DNA from: Carcharhinus amblyrhynchos
Taxonomy: Eukaryota
Direction: 5' to 3'
DNA length: 64,000 nucleotides
Assembly (NCBI GenBank): GCA_965287045.1
Contig: OZ336880.1
Location: 17,236,001 to 17,300,000, forward strand
The notes below the pieces were generated by a model. It saw only the letters and a program-made list of their open reading frames with translations, was not told the DNA's origin and did no database searches. Every line of letters starts with the position of its first letter. Within the stretch, counting starts at the first letter, position 1. Both the position numbers and the translations under genes were made by a program. Positions 10,469 through 24,500 of this stretch are shown here, piece after piece.

Positions 10469-12239
10469 GGCAACAAATCAATTCCCACATGAAGGGAATA
10501 AAGTTGAGCGTGTTTCTCTTGGCCTCCTCAGATGTAGACTTTGCTGCAACTGTTACATCGCCTTTCCTTGCTGTGTGAATAATAGATAGAAATCTTCTGA
10601 GTCTATCCAAGGAGTTATGGAGGGCCCTTCTCTTGGGGAATAAGAGAGTGCTGTGAAGTATGCAAACATATAAGGGAGTGTTTGGATTGGTGTGTGGCAC
10701 CCCAATGCCTCATGTCAGGCTTTGCAAGAATGGTTTGAAGAGGAGGAGTGACATTGTCTGGTCAACACACCGTACTTTCAGTTAATTACAAAAACTTCCT
10801 CCCTGATTGTATTAAGTTTCCACTCAGCAACATTCAATTTCTTTTTGAAGATGATGGCATCAAACTGATCCACACACACACCGGTAAGGATTGCAGAGGC
10901 AAGGCAGATAGAGATGAAATACAATTCACCCATGAACTAATTGAATGGTGGTAGGACAGGCTCGAGAGGCTGTATCGCTTTCTCCCAGTCCAACATAAGA
11001 GATGAACGGGCTTTCTTAATAATTTAAATCCTGGGTTTGAAAGTAGTTTGGTGCTGCCAAGGTGCCACAAAAAAGTATTCACACTGGCAGTGGCCGAACT
11101 AGCAAACTTATTACCATGCAGAAAACACTTTGTGAAGAGTTGAATTTTCCAGAGCAGATACTGGCAGCAATACAGAAATTCACAGTATGCAGGAGGCCTG
11201 GAAATAGTTGATTGACTTGCCCCCAGTGATCCAGACTTAAATTATGGAGGTTGTACTCTTTACTTGACTTAAAATGGCAAGGGATGGATGGTGGGGAGGA
11301 ACAAACTTCCAAAATTAATTGAAGTGGGCTTTTAAAACTTGATGGTTGAAGATGTTGACTCTAGAGTGAGTTTATGTTGAAAAGTCTTGAGTACCACACT
11401 TGGACTATCTGAGATGGCCGCTTAGGTAGCTTTTAATGTACATTGACTTGGGATCCAACGGAATGGAATAGTTTTATCTGGACTGAACTCGACTGTGTAA
11501 CTAGTACAAAGTTAAAGTGACTGATCTGAAAGCATCTCCAGTTGATTCTGACAACTGGCCAGAGCCATAGCTAGAGCGCAGTATCAAGAATCCTCAACCT
11601 CAGTAAAACTGGGAGAATCGCATTGCTTCTTTCTTCTTTGTGAATCAGTTGTTCCAGTTGATTTGTTTGATGGGGTTGAACAGAGAATGAGAAGAGGCAT
11701 GGCAGAGGTTGAAGCCGAGACACCATTGTTAGATTAGTCCATGAGGAACTCAGCAGAGCAACGTGTGTTTGACATTGAAATTAAGGGTCCATGTTCAGAA
11801 GTTCTAAACCTTTTAATCAGCAAACCTTTCTGATCCTTTCAGAAGTTCCATTTGGGGCTTTATTTTAAAAGAGAGAAGACTCGCATTTACATAGAGTTGT
11901 TCACCACCTCGGGACATCCCACAAGGTTTTATAATCAATTATATATTTGTGCGGTTACTGTTTTTGTCATAGAGTAGTAGTAATATGAAAAAGCATGTTG
12001 AGTCTGCACAAGTTCTTTCATAGGTCAACTGTTTAGTTCCACACTCTAATTTTTCCTTATATCCTTTCAATAATTTACTCTTTCAAATATTGACCTATTT
12101 GAAAGCTACTATTGAATTGCTTCTCAGCACCTTATCAGACAATGTATTCCAAATCCTAAACTGTTGTTGCAAAAGTTTGCTTCAAGTTGCCTCTGGTTCT
12201 TTTGCCAAAAGATTGTCATTGCCATCTCTGAATTCCCAA

Positions 12240-13160
12240 CTATCAATATCCTGGGGGTTACCATTGACCAGCAGCTTTTTTTTATTCATTTGTGGAGTAT
12301 GGGCGTTGCTGGCTGGCTAGCATTTATTGTCCATCCCTAGTTGCCCTTGGAGAGTGGTTGGGTATCAAACGTATTGCTGTGGCTCTGAAATCACATGTAG
12401 GCCAGACCAGGTAAAGACAGCACATTTCCTCCCCTAAAGGATATTGGTGAACCAGATGGGTTTTTCCAACAAGCCACATGATTTCATGGTCATCAGTAGA
12501 TTCTTAATTCCAGATATTTTTTATTGAATTCAGATTCCACCATCTGCTGTGGTGGGATTCAAACCTGAGTCCCCAGAACATACCACTGGGCCATCACCTC
12601 TTTTCAAACTGAATTGAATGAGCCATATAAATACTGTGGCTGCAAGAGCTGGTGACAGATAACTCACCTCCTGATTCCCCAAAGCCAGTCACCCTCTGCA
12701 AGTCAGGAGAGTGACAGAATACTTTCCACTTGCTTGGATGAATTCAACATTCAAGAAGCTCAACACCAGGTCAAAGTAGCTCCACTTGATTGGCACCCCA
12801 TCCAATGCCTTCAACATTCACTCCCTTCACCACCAACACACAGCAGCAGAAGTGTGTACTGTCTACAAGGTGCACTGCAGCAACTCACTAAGGCTCCTTG
12901 ACAGCAATTCCCAAATTAACATCCTTCACCAAGGTGCAGGGGAACACCATCACCTCCAAGTTGCCCTCCAAGTCACATGGCCTTCTTACTTAGATATATG
13001 TTGTTTTTCGTTATTTAAAACCTGCAACTGTCTACCAAACAGAATTATTAAGCACCTTCACCCCATGGACTTGTTCTTCGAGAAGAAAACTCACCTTCAC
13101 CTCCTAAAGGATAACCAGAGATTGGTAAAAACACCAGCCTTGATGGGGAAGTCCATGTTC
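12240..13160 (+). mobile_element. Old LINE 3' remnant interrupted by a minus-strand tRNA-SINE (~12275-12600, Meta-domain-like)
   Basis: GGGGTTACCATTGACCAG|AAACTGAATTG is split by a SINE carrying CACATGTAGGCCAGACCAGGTAA...TTTCC..CCTAAAGGA..TT.GTGAACCAGATGGG. Confidence 0.65.
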
Positions 13161-14759
13161 CAAAAAGTTTTTTTTAAATCATGGGGTTTCAGATGTTAGA
13201 CAATTTGAGCTATGTTGGCTTTTATAATCTTATCACATTGTACAGCGTGCAGTATGAATTTGTCCTAGCTGTGCATGTAATAACATCCACCCTTAGTTAG
13301 ACATGCTCCTGCATCCTTCAGCCAGAAAAAGTATTTTCTCCAAAGCTACTGGAAGTGTGAGCTAATATCGGCATTGAAAAGAGATCAGGGCATCTGGGAC
13401 CCAAGTGACACAGGCAACCAATGCATTTAACCAGAGATTGAAAGATTTGGATAGGAGTGAGAAACACAGTGGATGAAAGGAGGTGAATTCAATGTCAAAT
13501 TAGGTACAAAACAATGAAGGGAGGGGGGAATAAAAAAATTGATTAAGAGGGGAAAGAAGAGACAACAGGGAAAAGTAAGAATGAAAATTAAAATCTGACA
13601 TATTTAAAACCAATGTGAAAAATTCAGAACATGACGGAATGAGATTCCACCCTTGTAATAGTTAATTTTCAGTGCCAGAGAGGTTAATTGAAAGTAATTA
13701 ACAATTATCAGATCGTTAAAGCATACTTAGATGAGAAGTGACAAGACTTCAATTTCTGTGGCGAGTTCAGGTTATGTTTACCACACAAATACAGCAACTT
13801 CAAGAGATTCAGTACAGACAATGAGATGGCAATTTTCATGAAGCTATTGGTTGAACACAAGTCTAAAGACAAGTTTTGGATATTGGCATTTCACCTCCAG
13901 TCAGCCCTCACCTGAAGTTGCTGTACTATTAGCACAAATAATAATGAGCACCATTTGTTATTTCTTCAGCAAACACTGGCCCTAGCTTTCTTCCCCTCAA
14001 ATATATTTTTGACACTTCCAAAAAATGCAATATATGAAAAAGTCAGGCACATATTCATAAATGCAGTGATAACTGCTGAAAATCTAGTTTCAGCAAAATA
14101 TTTGGATTGAATCTCCACAGATGAGTTGCTTGAGGAGTATTTGCATGAAGTTGTACATGTCTTCATTAGCACAAGATTGCAATGGAGACCTGTAATTTTG
14201 CCGGGTTTAGTTTGTGGTTGGTAAATAGCAGTTAATAAATTCTAACCCTCCACTTAGCCACTGTGTATGGAGGAGATAGGTGTTATGCATTTCAGGTACT
14301 CCACTTTGTGTACTGGTTCTCCCCCTAGCTTTTGATGTCGGTGTTGTGCAGTTCCTGGGTTTGTGGTAAATCTAATTTAATTGGGTATAGTGACTTGCAT
14401 TTTTTGTGGTCTGTGTTCAGTGAAAATCAGTTGAATAAATGTTTTTGCTAACTGCTAATTAGGCTTGTTACATGGGTTTAATTATTAGACTTGCTTTTGT
14501 CTTCAGGATAAGAGAGAGGACTGGTTAAGGCCACTTAACACAGCTTCCAAATCCCAGTACCTGGTAGATATTTACTCTCGTCGCCCTTGCAGCTGTCAGC
14601 AGATCAAATCACTTTGATTTGAAAAGTGGTTTGTTATCTCCAGCATTTCCAAATCTTTTTAACACAACTATTAAAAAAATACTCAATGGTTCAGTTACAT
14701 GAGCATGCCAATTTTCATATTCAGAGAACTGAGTAAAAACTGCCTATTTTAAAATAAAA

Positions 14760-16100
14760 CATCTTCAAACAGTGCTGCAATTAATTCTGTTCTGATTATT
14801 TATAGATGCGGGTATTATTTGCACTCTGGTTAATTATGGAGCAATCAAACTTTGGCTCTTTACACTGTAATTTCCTCCTTTTGCTAATTTAATTAATCAC
14901 CCTTGACTCCGCTCCTCTGGCAGGGAGCAAGAGGTCATTAATTAGTCACATGTTGCTATTTTTCAGCCCAGCTCCTGTTAAGGGACCGCTGCTGTCTGCT
15001 TTTCTCCTGCCCCACAAGCTGCTCATATCCGTCCAGTGACGAGGGGAGGTTTAATAGGAGTCACAAAATCCCCAATAGTTGTCAGTCACACGCATGGATA
15101 GCAAATCATTCTGTCTAACCCAATATATTCCAGCGATAAGTCATTCAGCATGTTGGGAGAATATGAAGCGTGGGTGAGATCAGTTTGATCAATGTAACTA
15201 GCTGATTGTACTTGTCATTCCACCGCTATTATCAGCCCTGCCATTGATAAGAACAAACCTATCTACCGCATCTTAAGTAGCTTAAACACGGCTTGACAGA
15301 CAGCGCAGTTCGAACATTAAAAATAATTAGATTCTGTGGCCTAATTCATCTGTAAAATATTCACTGATAGAATTAGCCAGATAATTTTTTTTACATGGCT
15401 GAATAATATCCTTATGATTGGCTCATTCGCCACTAATGAGAGTCCAAATTTAGTCTCCATGTTTCATCTCAGAAGCAGAAAATCTAAATAATTCTTCCCG
15501 CGAGTGGAGAATTCTGTTGACATTGTTATTTTTAACAGCCACGATAATGAAATAAAAATGTCAAAATAACGTGCAGCAAAGAAAAACGTTTGCAAGTTCA
15601 AAGCAGTGAGGTGGGTGGGTTGGGAAAGGTGGGGGGGTGGATGTCGGTGGTGGTGGGGGGAGGTGGGCTGAGAACCTGGCTGAAGACCTACTCTGGGGTA
15701 TTGATTTTTTTTTTAAAAAGTTCTTACTTGCATATTCCATTCTCTTTAATTGCTGCTTACTCTAATTTGCCAGAGTTTAATGGATCAGAGAACACGTGCA
15801 AAGCCTGGAGTCTTTTTATTAGTGTGTCAGTAAAACCTTTCAGAAGTGCAGATTTACTATTTTGGATATATAAACCCTAGTTAGAAATGTTACCTGTATT
15901 TGCCCAGCACCATTTCCATTAATGTCGTTTATTATCTGGCATGGACACCAAATCAAATATTTGAGTTTCTTCATTAGCCTAATAAAACAGAGTTTATCCT
16001 GTGCTGTGTTAATGAATGGTTTCTGCTTTCTCTGCCTCACCCTACACTGTCGTATTGTGTGTGTGCACATTTGATGTGTTGTATTTTCTCAGTCACTCTG
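14760..16100. promoter_or_regulatory. Large candidate conserved non-coding element cluster
   Basis: About 1.3 kb without TE similarity; CTAATTTAATTAATCA, GTCATTAATTAGTCA, TTGACAG, AATAATTAGATT, CCTAATTCATC, CCATTGAT motifs. Confidence 0.5.
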
Positions 16101-18615
16101 ATTACTATAACACTGTGCCTTCATGGTGCCTGTGCTTAGCCTAGAGGAAGGTCTTCACATTGGCAACTTGTTTAGTGGTAAACACAGCCTTTGCTATGAA
16201 AACTGTCTCTCTACCTTGTAATTCTGGATGCAAGATGGTCGGAAAAAGGTCAATGCTTTAACCACTTGGAGATTTAGCTCCCCAAGGGGTCTCGATTTCC
16301 GTGTCAAATCTCTGCCGAGTGAGTTTGAAAAAAATCGGCAACTTATATTGCTCTTAATATTGAGCTATTAGCTGACACTGCTGTGTACCACGGTGTGAAA
16401 GTAAAATCTACAAAATAATTCTTCATTCAAATATGCTTGGGAGTAAATTTGTAATTTGCTTTGCAAGCTGTAAAGTGGCTATTTTAACTTATTATTTTAT
16501 ATACAAAAAAGAAATGATGTGGAAAGTTAATTTTCTCTCTTCACATTTTCTCCTTTTCTTGCTGCTTTCATCTATCCCTCCCTTTCCTGAAGAATAATTT
16601 GAGAGCACTTTTTGATTTAGTGAGCTGTTTAGGTAATCTGTTTTCCCAGTCCATAGTCTTAAGTAGCCACTGCACCTTGTGTTCCATCTGCTTTCACTGG
16701 GAAGATTTTGTCACAGTTCTAGCTCTGGCTAGCTGAAATCTCTGGGTCTCTTGATTAAAACCTACATTAAAAGCCTCCATTAAAGTACCTTGTGACCATT
16801 ACCAAAAATATACTTGGCATGTCCTGGGCACAAATTATACTGTGCAGTATTAGGAACCCATACATTTGTCTAAAACGCCTGTTCACCATTTTAGCCGTCA
16901 TTAATTAGCACAGTTAATATTTAATATCACACAGTGGTATCAACCTAGGTGTGAGTTTCATTTGCAATGAAGACTTCTTTTGTAAAAAATCTAAATGAAC
17001 AATTTATTCATGTTCAACCATTTTTCTCATTCCTCTGGGTGAGAGATCATTCTACAGGCAGTAAGTATGGTTCATTATTTATGTGTAAGCTTCAGCAGTA
17101 TTGGCAGATATCTTCTGTGTGCAGAGGCCATCATATTCTTGCCCAACCCTATCCCAGCCTGATGTCCTTCCGCTAATGGAATCTGCAGCAAGTGACCCTG
17201 GGGGTCTGCTGTAGCTCAGTTGCCAGCAATCTCTCTTCAGATTCTGAAGCTTGTGGTTTTGAGCCCCATTCTAGAAACTGGAGTGCAAAATTTGGGCTCA
17301 CCATGTAGTGCGGTGCCGAGGAAGTGCAGCACTGTCGGAGGGGCATCCCTTAGGATACGCTCACTGGGATTCTCTCCCATTGATTTCCCATTGATTCCAC
17401 CCCATGCCGCCGGGAAACATGTGGCAGGGGTGCACCGTCAGTAGGACCAGAAGATCCTGCTGGCGTGAAGAGTTAGAAGATCATGCCCAATGTTAATCTG
17501 GCACGCAATGTAGAATAAACTGCAGCTGAGTTTGAATTTATAGCTTTTGCCAATTGAATACCTACCCACTTCTCAGCAGGTCTGATAGCATCTGTGGGGA
17601 GAGAATAGAACCAACATTTCAAGTCTAGATGACCTTTCATTAGAACTTTCTCAGACCTGCTGTGTTCTTTCAGCATTTTCTGATTCAGATTTCAGCTTCC
17701 GCAGTATTTTACTTTTAACCTACCTGTTTTTGCTATTTTTTAACATGAGGGGTGGGGAGCAGTGGTAGATGAGGTTGATCGGCCACCCTTAATTTTGTAT
17801 ATTAATTTAATTGTGTATATTATCAGATTGGATTTAATATTTTTTGCTGTAATTGAAGTCTATTTGCGGAGTTTAGGTCAGTTTTGTTGGAGAATGATTG
17901 ACAAGTGACTCGTAATGATATACAGCCACTCTGGTCCCCTTGATCAGTTTCTTTAAAAGCCTACTTGTTTGGGTTGCCTTCAAAGAAGTGGGGGGGGGGG
18001 GGGGACATTTCCTTTGCCCTGGTGCGTGGGAACAGCTGGTGATTACCATACCGCCTACAAACCAAACAGCAAAAGGTTGGTAAACACTTGGCAGGTTTTG
18101 GGAAAAGGGGAGGTGGACTAACTCAGGAAGCTGAAATTGTGAGCAAACAGTCCGTACAAAGAGAGCACAGCAGTAACAGAATGCCACACACTCCCTCTGA
18201 ATAGCCCCAAGAAAAGGCTGAAAAGACCAGATCTTGCTTGCAGCTGGGAATCCAATAAATTGTTTCAGGAAGTGAGTCCATCCAGGCTAATAGGGCAATG
18301 ATTGACAGTTGTTTCTCATTACAGTTTCATCGGAAAAAGGTGCATTCTGATGTTATTAGAGAGTTCCGATAGGAATAAGACACAGATGATGCCTTTGGGA
18401 CAGGAAATGCTCTTTGGGCAAGGATTGTTGCAATTTTTGGCTCTCTGTCCTTAGTCAGGGTATAAATATGTAGAAATGCAAAGCATTGAAAGGGAGGTTG
18501 TTACCATTCAACAGTTGCTGCACGCCTTATCCCAGATTGATCCCAGGTTCAATCCCTGGTCCATCATAGGGGTCAAAAGATGGAGAAGCTATAGTTGGTC
18601 CCAGAGTTAACTTTT

Positions 18616-18690
18616 ATGAATGAATAGGTAATGATTATTTTTCTCTGGGTGATGAGGGGATCAGTAAGTTAACCTATTAGCAAGAAGTCA
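18616..18690. repeat. 75-bp inverted repeat, left arm (right arm 19784-19858)
   Basis: The reverse complement of 19784-19858 matches at 74/75 positions. Confidence 0.95.
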
Positions 18691-19320
18691 TTTATACAGT
18701 GCCTCTAATGGCTTTCAAATGAGTCTTAACAGCCAATGAAGTGCGGTCATAGAATCCCTACAGTACAGAAGGGGGCCATTCAGCCCATCAAGTCTGTACC
18801 GATCACAATCCTACCCAGGCCCTATTCCTGTAACGCCACACATTTATCCTGCTAAACCCTTGACACTAGGGTCAATTTAGCATGGCCAGTCCACCTAACC
18901 CACACATCTTTGGAGTGTGGTAGGAAACCGGAGCACCTGGAGGAAACCCACACAGACCCAGGGAGAAAGTGCAAGTTCCACATAGACAGTGACTGAGGCC
19001 AGAATTGAGCCTGGGTCCCTGGCGCTGTGAGGCAGCAATGCTTGCCACTGTGCAATGTATGCCGATTTGCACGCACATAAGCAATGACCAGATTTTATTT
19101 TAGTGATATTGGTTAAGGGGTAAGTATTGGCCAGGACACTAGAGATAAACCTCCCCTTCAGATAATATCGGGGGATGTTTGTATTTCCCTGAGACAGAGA
19201 TGTAATGACAGCAGCCTCCCGACAGTGCAGCCCTCCGTCAGCATTGGCACCGGGAATGTCAGCTTGCATTTGGTACTTGAACCATTGGAATCTGTGACTG
19301 TAAGGCGAGAGTGCTGTTGG
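18691..19320 (-). mobile_element. Deu-SINE with nested full-length HE1 V-SINE (18748-19053)
   Basis: CATAGAATCCCTACAG...GGAAACCGGAGCACC...GAGGCAGCAATGC inside Deu-type TAAGTATTGGCCAGGACAC / ACAGTGCAG..CTCC.TCAG.A.TG sequence. Confidence 0.8.
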
Positions 19321-19564
19321 ATGTTTGCTTTAGGGGAAGTAAGAGGCATTAGTGATAATTCTCAAAGTCCTCTCGTGGCATGTGCCTGGAATAGATACTT
19401 GGCTTCTTGAATGCACTGGAAGTGCAAATGATATATATGCCAATGTGCAAAGCTCAGAAAAATTGATAGTTTCAAAAACAAAACGGCTAATACTGCTTTC
19501 AAAAAGCTGTCAGCTCAAAAAGTATCATAGAATTGAAAAACCAGCCCTGAAAACAGACTAACAA

Positions 19565-20400
19565 CTATAGGAGGTTACAGCTCACAAGGGGGCCACGAAG
19601 CACATTGTTTCAATGCTGACACAAACTAAAACTAATCCACACTCTCTCCACTGCTCTGCAACAACCTCTGCTTCAAATATTTATCCCGTTTTCCCTTAAA
19701 ATGCACAATGATCTCTGCCTCAACCACCCCCTGTGGCAAAGCATTCCATGCTCCAACAACCCTGTATGAGAAGAAATTTCCCCTGACTTCTTGCTAATAG
19801 GTTAACTTACTGATCCCCTCATCACCCAGAGAAAAATAATCATTACCAATTCATTCATCATTTTTAAAAAACTTAACTTTTAAAAGCTTTAAAAACTAGC
19901 CTGACTGCTCCAGTGAAAACAGTCTTTCTTCATAACTGTACTGCCATCTCTGGAGTTCTTCTCATCAACCTACACTGTATGCACTCTGTAGTTTAATGCT
20001 CTCATTGTAATAGGGCACCCTAAACTGGCCACAGGACCTGAAACAGCAGCCTGACCAATGTTTTGCAGCATGGTGACACAGTGGTTAGTACTGCTGCTTC
20101 ACAACGGCAGGGACCCGGGTTCAGTTCCAGCCTTGGGTGACTGTGAAGTTTATACATTCTTCCAATATCTGGGTTTCCTCTGGGTGCTCCAAAGATGTGC
20201 GAGTTAGGTGGATTGGCCTTGCTAAATTGCCTCTTACTGTCCCAAGATATGTAGATTTGATGTATTAGCCATGGTATATATGTGGGGTTGCAGGGATAGG
20301 GTAGGGAAAGGCGGCTTCATTAAGATAGTCTGTCAGAGTGTATGGGCCAAATGGCCTCCTTCTGCACTCTGGCTGTGCTATGATTCTATAAAGCTTGTGT
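19565..20400 (-). mobile_element. Old CR1 3' remnant, followed/interrupted by a + strand HE1 V-SINE (20068-20390)
   Basis: CTCTGCCTCAACCAC...GCATTCCA...AAGAAATTTC are reverse-complement CR1 ORF2 end motifs; SINE begins CAGCATGGTGACACAGTGGTTAG. Confidence 0.7.
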
Positions 20401-20699
20401 TACTCCTCTGCTCTAGAACTCTATGTCCCTGTGTTAGCCTCTTTTGTGGTTTCATCTGCTTGCACCCTACAGTCTCTTTCAATAAATGATGTATTTGAAC
20501 CTGTTGTGTCTCAGAACTTCCTTTTAAGTTTTTACTCACATTCATTGCCTTTCTTCCTAAACTTTATTGCTACATATTTATCTGCATAAAATCGCATCTG
20601 CCCCTTGCCAGTCCTTTCCACCATCAAACCCAGCATCACCTTGCTCCACCTTTTACTTTGCCCCAGTAGCCTGTTGTCCCTGTCCACCTGTTCACCTGG

Positions 20700-21030
20700 G
20701 GCAATGTATCTGTGAAATTAGAAAACACTGAGCAGGAAGGAATGATCACTTTTCTTATCACTATAGGAGACAGCACACAGAACACTAACAGTTCAAATAA
20801 ATTCTTAATGATGGAATTAGTCTGCTCGAACAGCGTCGCAGCTCTGAGCTGATGAGACAGCGGTAGTACAGACATTGTTTTAGTAATAGATGACAAATGT
20901 TCATCCTGAGAGCAAAACCAACATTCTACTCATTTCACCTTGAGCTGTGAAGGCAAGAGAAACTGAGATTGTTCTCTTTATAGCAGAAAAGGCTAAGGGG
21001 AGATCTAACAGCAGTGCTCAAAATTATGAG
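20700..21030. promoter_or_regulatory. Candidate conserved non-coding element
   Basis: TE-free block with GAAATTAG, CTTAATGATGGAATTAG, CATTGTT and TGACA motifs; inference only. Confidence 0.3.
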
Positions 21031-21502
21031 AGTTCTTGATTGAGTGTGTCTGTGCATGTGTGTCCGTGCACACCATGTGTGTGTGAACGCGCATGCGCGC
21101 ACGTCGGTGACCAGAGGACACAAGTACAGGATAAATGGCAGATATACTAGTGGGAAGATAATGTGATTTTTTTTCCTCCTCCCTTTACGCAGTCAGTTGT
21201 ACTAATCTGGAAGGCATTGCCTGAAAATGTGTCTCATAATTGTTACAATGCAGAAGGAGACCATTCAGCCCATTGTGTCTGCATCAACTCTCCAAATGAG
21301 CAGTTCGCTTAATACCTTTCGCCCACCTTCTTCCCAACCCTGCACATTCTTCCTTTTCAGGAAACAGTCCAATTCCCTTTCAAATGCCGCGATTGAACCT
21401 GCCTCCAACGTACAATCTCAGGCACTGCTTTCCAGACTTTCAAAGAAGACTCAATAATAACATTCAAAAGGAACTTGGGTATATGCTTGAAATGAGCAAT
21501 AA

Positions 21503-24500
21503 AATTATTATTATTGTTGTTTGTCCATCATCATCGATGAGGACCTCAACACCATTAGTCATTTTGAGGCTGGCCGCGGTGTGTCCAAAGATGACTGATC
21601 AGGCCAATTCGGGCATGGAATGTCCTGGCACATGTTGGACAGACTTGTGTAGATACTGTAATTGTTGCGCTGGTGGCTCTGGACTTCGCAGCTCGCACTT
21701 AAGTTGTGCTTCAGCAATACACCTTGCTTCGTGAGCTTGACAGCCTTTGTGGATGAGGTAGCTCCAGATAGGGCGGTTTTGTGCCAGCATTTCCCAGGTG
21801 GTCAATGTCATGCAACTTCAGGGAGGCCTTAAGTATGTCTTTGAAACGTTTCTTCTGCCCTCCATGCGAACGTTTTCCAGCAGAGTTCCCCCAAAAGGAG
21901 CTGCTTGAGTATGCGCTCGTTTGGCAAACGGATGACATGACCTGCCCACTGGGTCTGTGCTCTCATCAGCAGTGTGTGGACTGATGGTAGACTTGCTCTA
22001 GAGAGAACTTCAGTGTCTGGTACTTTGTCTTGCCATCGGATGCGTAATATTCTGCGAAGACAAGTCATGTGGAAATGATTGAGCTGTCTTGCATGCCTTT
22101 GATATACAGTCCACGTTTCACAGGCATACAGGAGGGTACTCTGGCCATTATGCCATCATGGAACTGGCGTACCATCTGAGTGAATTTGGGGGGGCAGCCG
22201 AACTTTGACATGATCAAAGTATGGTGGTTGTCGCGTACTTGCTGATTGCCCTTCCTCTTGTAGAGGTGTACGATGGAAGCATCTTTTAAGTTCCTGAGGA
22301 ATGGATCCTTGCTTCCAAAAGGACTAGAACAACTCGGTGAGCTTCTCGATAAGTGCAGCAACAGCAACTTTATAGATCTCTGCAGGTATGGCATCTGCCT
22401 CTGGGGCTTTGCCACTGGATGGCTGTCTGACAGCTTTCGTGACTTCGGCTACTACCAGTGGGTCATTCATGGTGCTGTTGACATCAACCTGGGGAATCCT
22501 GTCTATTGCCTCATCGTTAATAGATGACAGTTGGTTGAGGATGGCTTCAAAGTGTTCAGCCCGTCTCTGCAGGATCTGAGCCTTCTCTGTAATGAGAGTT
22601 ATACCATCTGTACTCAGGAGGGGGAAAACTCCCGAGAGATTGAGGTCCATAGAGAGTGTTGAGGGCTTCATAGAACCATTTCAAGTCATTTCTGTCAGCA
22701 TTTCATCTGCCTTGGCACTCAGCCAGGCATCCTGCATTTTACATAGTTTCCTCTGGACTGTCCTGCGAGCACTGGTAAAAGCATTTTTCTTGGCAGCTGA
22801 AGATGGGTCATTCTGACAGGCCCGATGAAGACGGTGCTTTTCAACAAGTAAAGCCTGTATCTCTTCATCATTCTCATCGAACCAATCATGCTGTTTGCGT
22901 TTGGAGGGCCTGAGCGTCTTCAGCGCAGATGTATGGATAGCATCCCTGAAGCGTTCCCAGTCATCCTCAGCGCTGCCTGCAAGGTGTAGGTCAGCTTGAC
23001 TTCTAAGTCTTCAGCCAGTGCTGAAGCTATGCTGGGGTTTTTTACCTTGGCCGCATTGATTCTTTTCATAACCTTGCTTCCTTGTGGTCGCCTCTTGGAT
23101 CTGATGTGGAGCCTCGTTTTGGAGACAATGAGCCTGTGATCTGTCCAGCAGTCAGCACCACACATGGCCTTGGTTACTCTGACCTCCTGCCTGTCTTTTG
23201 TCCTGACAATGACATAGTCGATAAGATGCCAATGCTTAGAGCGGAGGTACATCCAGGAGATCTTGTTACGGGCAGGCGGACGGAAGGTTGTGTTGGTGAT
23301 GAGGAGGTCATATGATGCACAGGTCTTCAGTAAGAGTAGGCCATTACTGTTACACTTGCCCACTCCACGCCTCCCAATGACACCCTGCCAGATTGCAGAG
23401 TCACACCCTACTCTTGCATTGAAATCGCCAAGCAAGATCGGCTTGTCGGTACTGCTCATTGCTGATAGTAGGGCGTCTAGTTCTTCGTAGAACTTGTCTT
23501 CCATCTCGGCCGGTTGTTCATTATGAGGGCATAGGCACTGATCAGGGTGGCTTGACTTCTGTAGAGGAAGCTGTAATGTCATAAGACGGTCGTTCACACC
23601 CTTGGGTAGACTATCAAGTTTCCGAACAAGGTGACTCCTGACGGCGAATCCAATTCCAGCATCATGACGCTCATCGCTGCCGCGACCGCTCCAGAAAAAA
23701 GTGGATCCACCTCCAGTTTGTCAACTGACCTACGTTGGCAAGACGAGTTTCGCTCGGAGCTGCAATGTCAATGTTGTATCTTGCAAGTTCTCTGACAACT
23801 AAGGCTCTTCTTCTCTCTGGTCTGTTTGCTGTAGGGTTGTCCAAAAGCGTGCGCATGTTCCAAGTGCCAATGGTGAGCGGCGTCACCTTGTGTTTTATTT
23901 TGTGTGTTCAACCGCAAGATGGGATTCCTGCCAGCCACGGTAAACTGACCAGGGTGTAGTGAAGCAGGCAATGTTTAGGGCACCTTTTTTAGCCCCTTCC
24001 TCATTCTATGGAGGAGAGCAGTGTATTCTTGAAGAGGACTGCTCAGCCGCCAGGTGGACGCCGTGTTCCAGTGCTGCTTCAGTCAGCAGATAGACCTGAG
24101 CCACCTGCATGCAGGTCCGTGACTACAGCTCCCAGTGTATCCGCACCTGCTGCTTCATCGCTCACCCATCGCCACAGGACTTCAGAGGTTGAACAGCACA
24201 CTGATGATGATGATGATGGTGTCGAAACTAGTGCTTGATTTGGATTAAAGTGAGGGAGAGTTGCGCAGCGTCAGCCTCGCTCTCTTCCCAATTTCCATCT
24301 AGATCCAGTGGCAAGACAAGAGTTAAGACGGCTGGAGGTGGGACAAGGCACAGTGGATGACCAGGATGTCTTCTGTGTCTTGTCCTGCTCTTCGCATTCC
24401 ACAATGCTTGCAGAGACCGCAATTTTGACCGTTAGACCTTCCATTGGTCTCTTCTGCTCAATCCGCTGGACTCTGTGTTCACATGCTGGGATAGACATCT

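Noticed and set aside
15610-15670. G-rich tract (also poly-G ~17990, poly-C ~45945 and ~51890) as functional G-quadruplexes
   Set aside because: Low-complexity runs with no supporting evidence of function.
24196-24236. Hammerhead-like CTGATGA...GAAA on the + strand
   Set aside because: The core arises from an (ATG)n microsatellite, stem I is out of register, stem II is weak, and it is antisense to the RTE.
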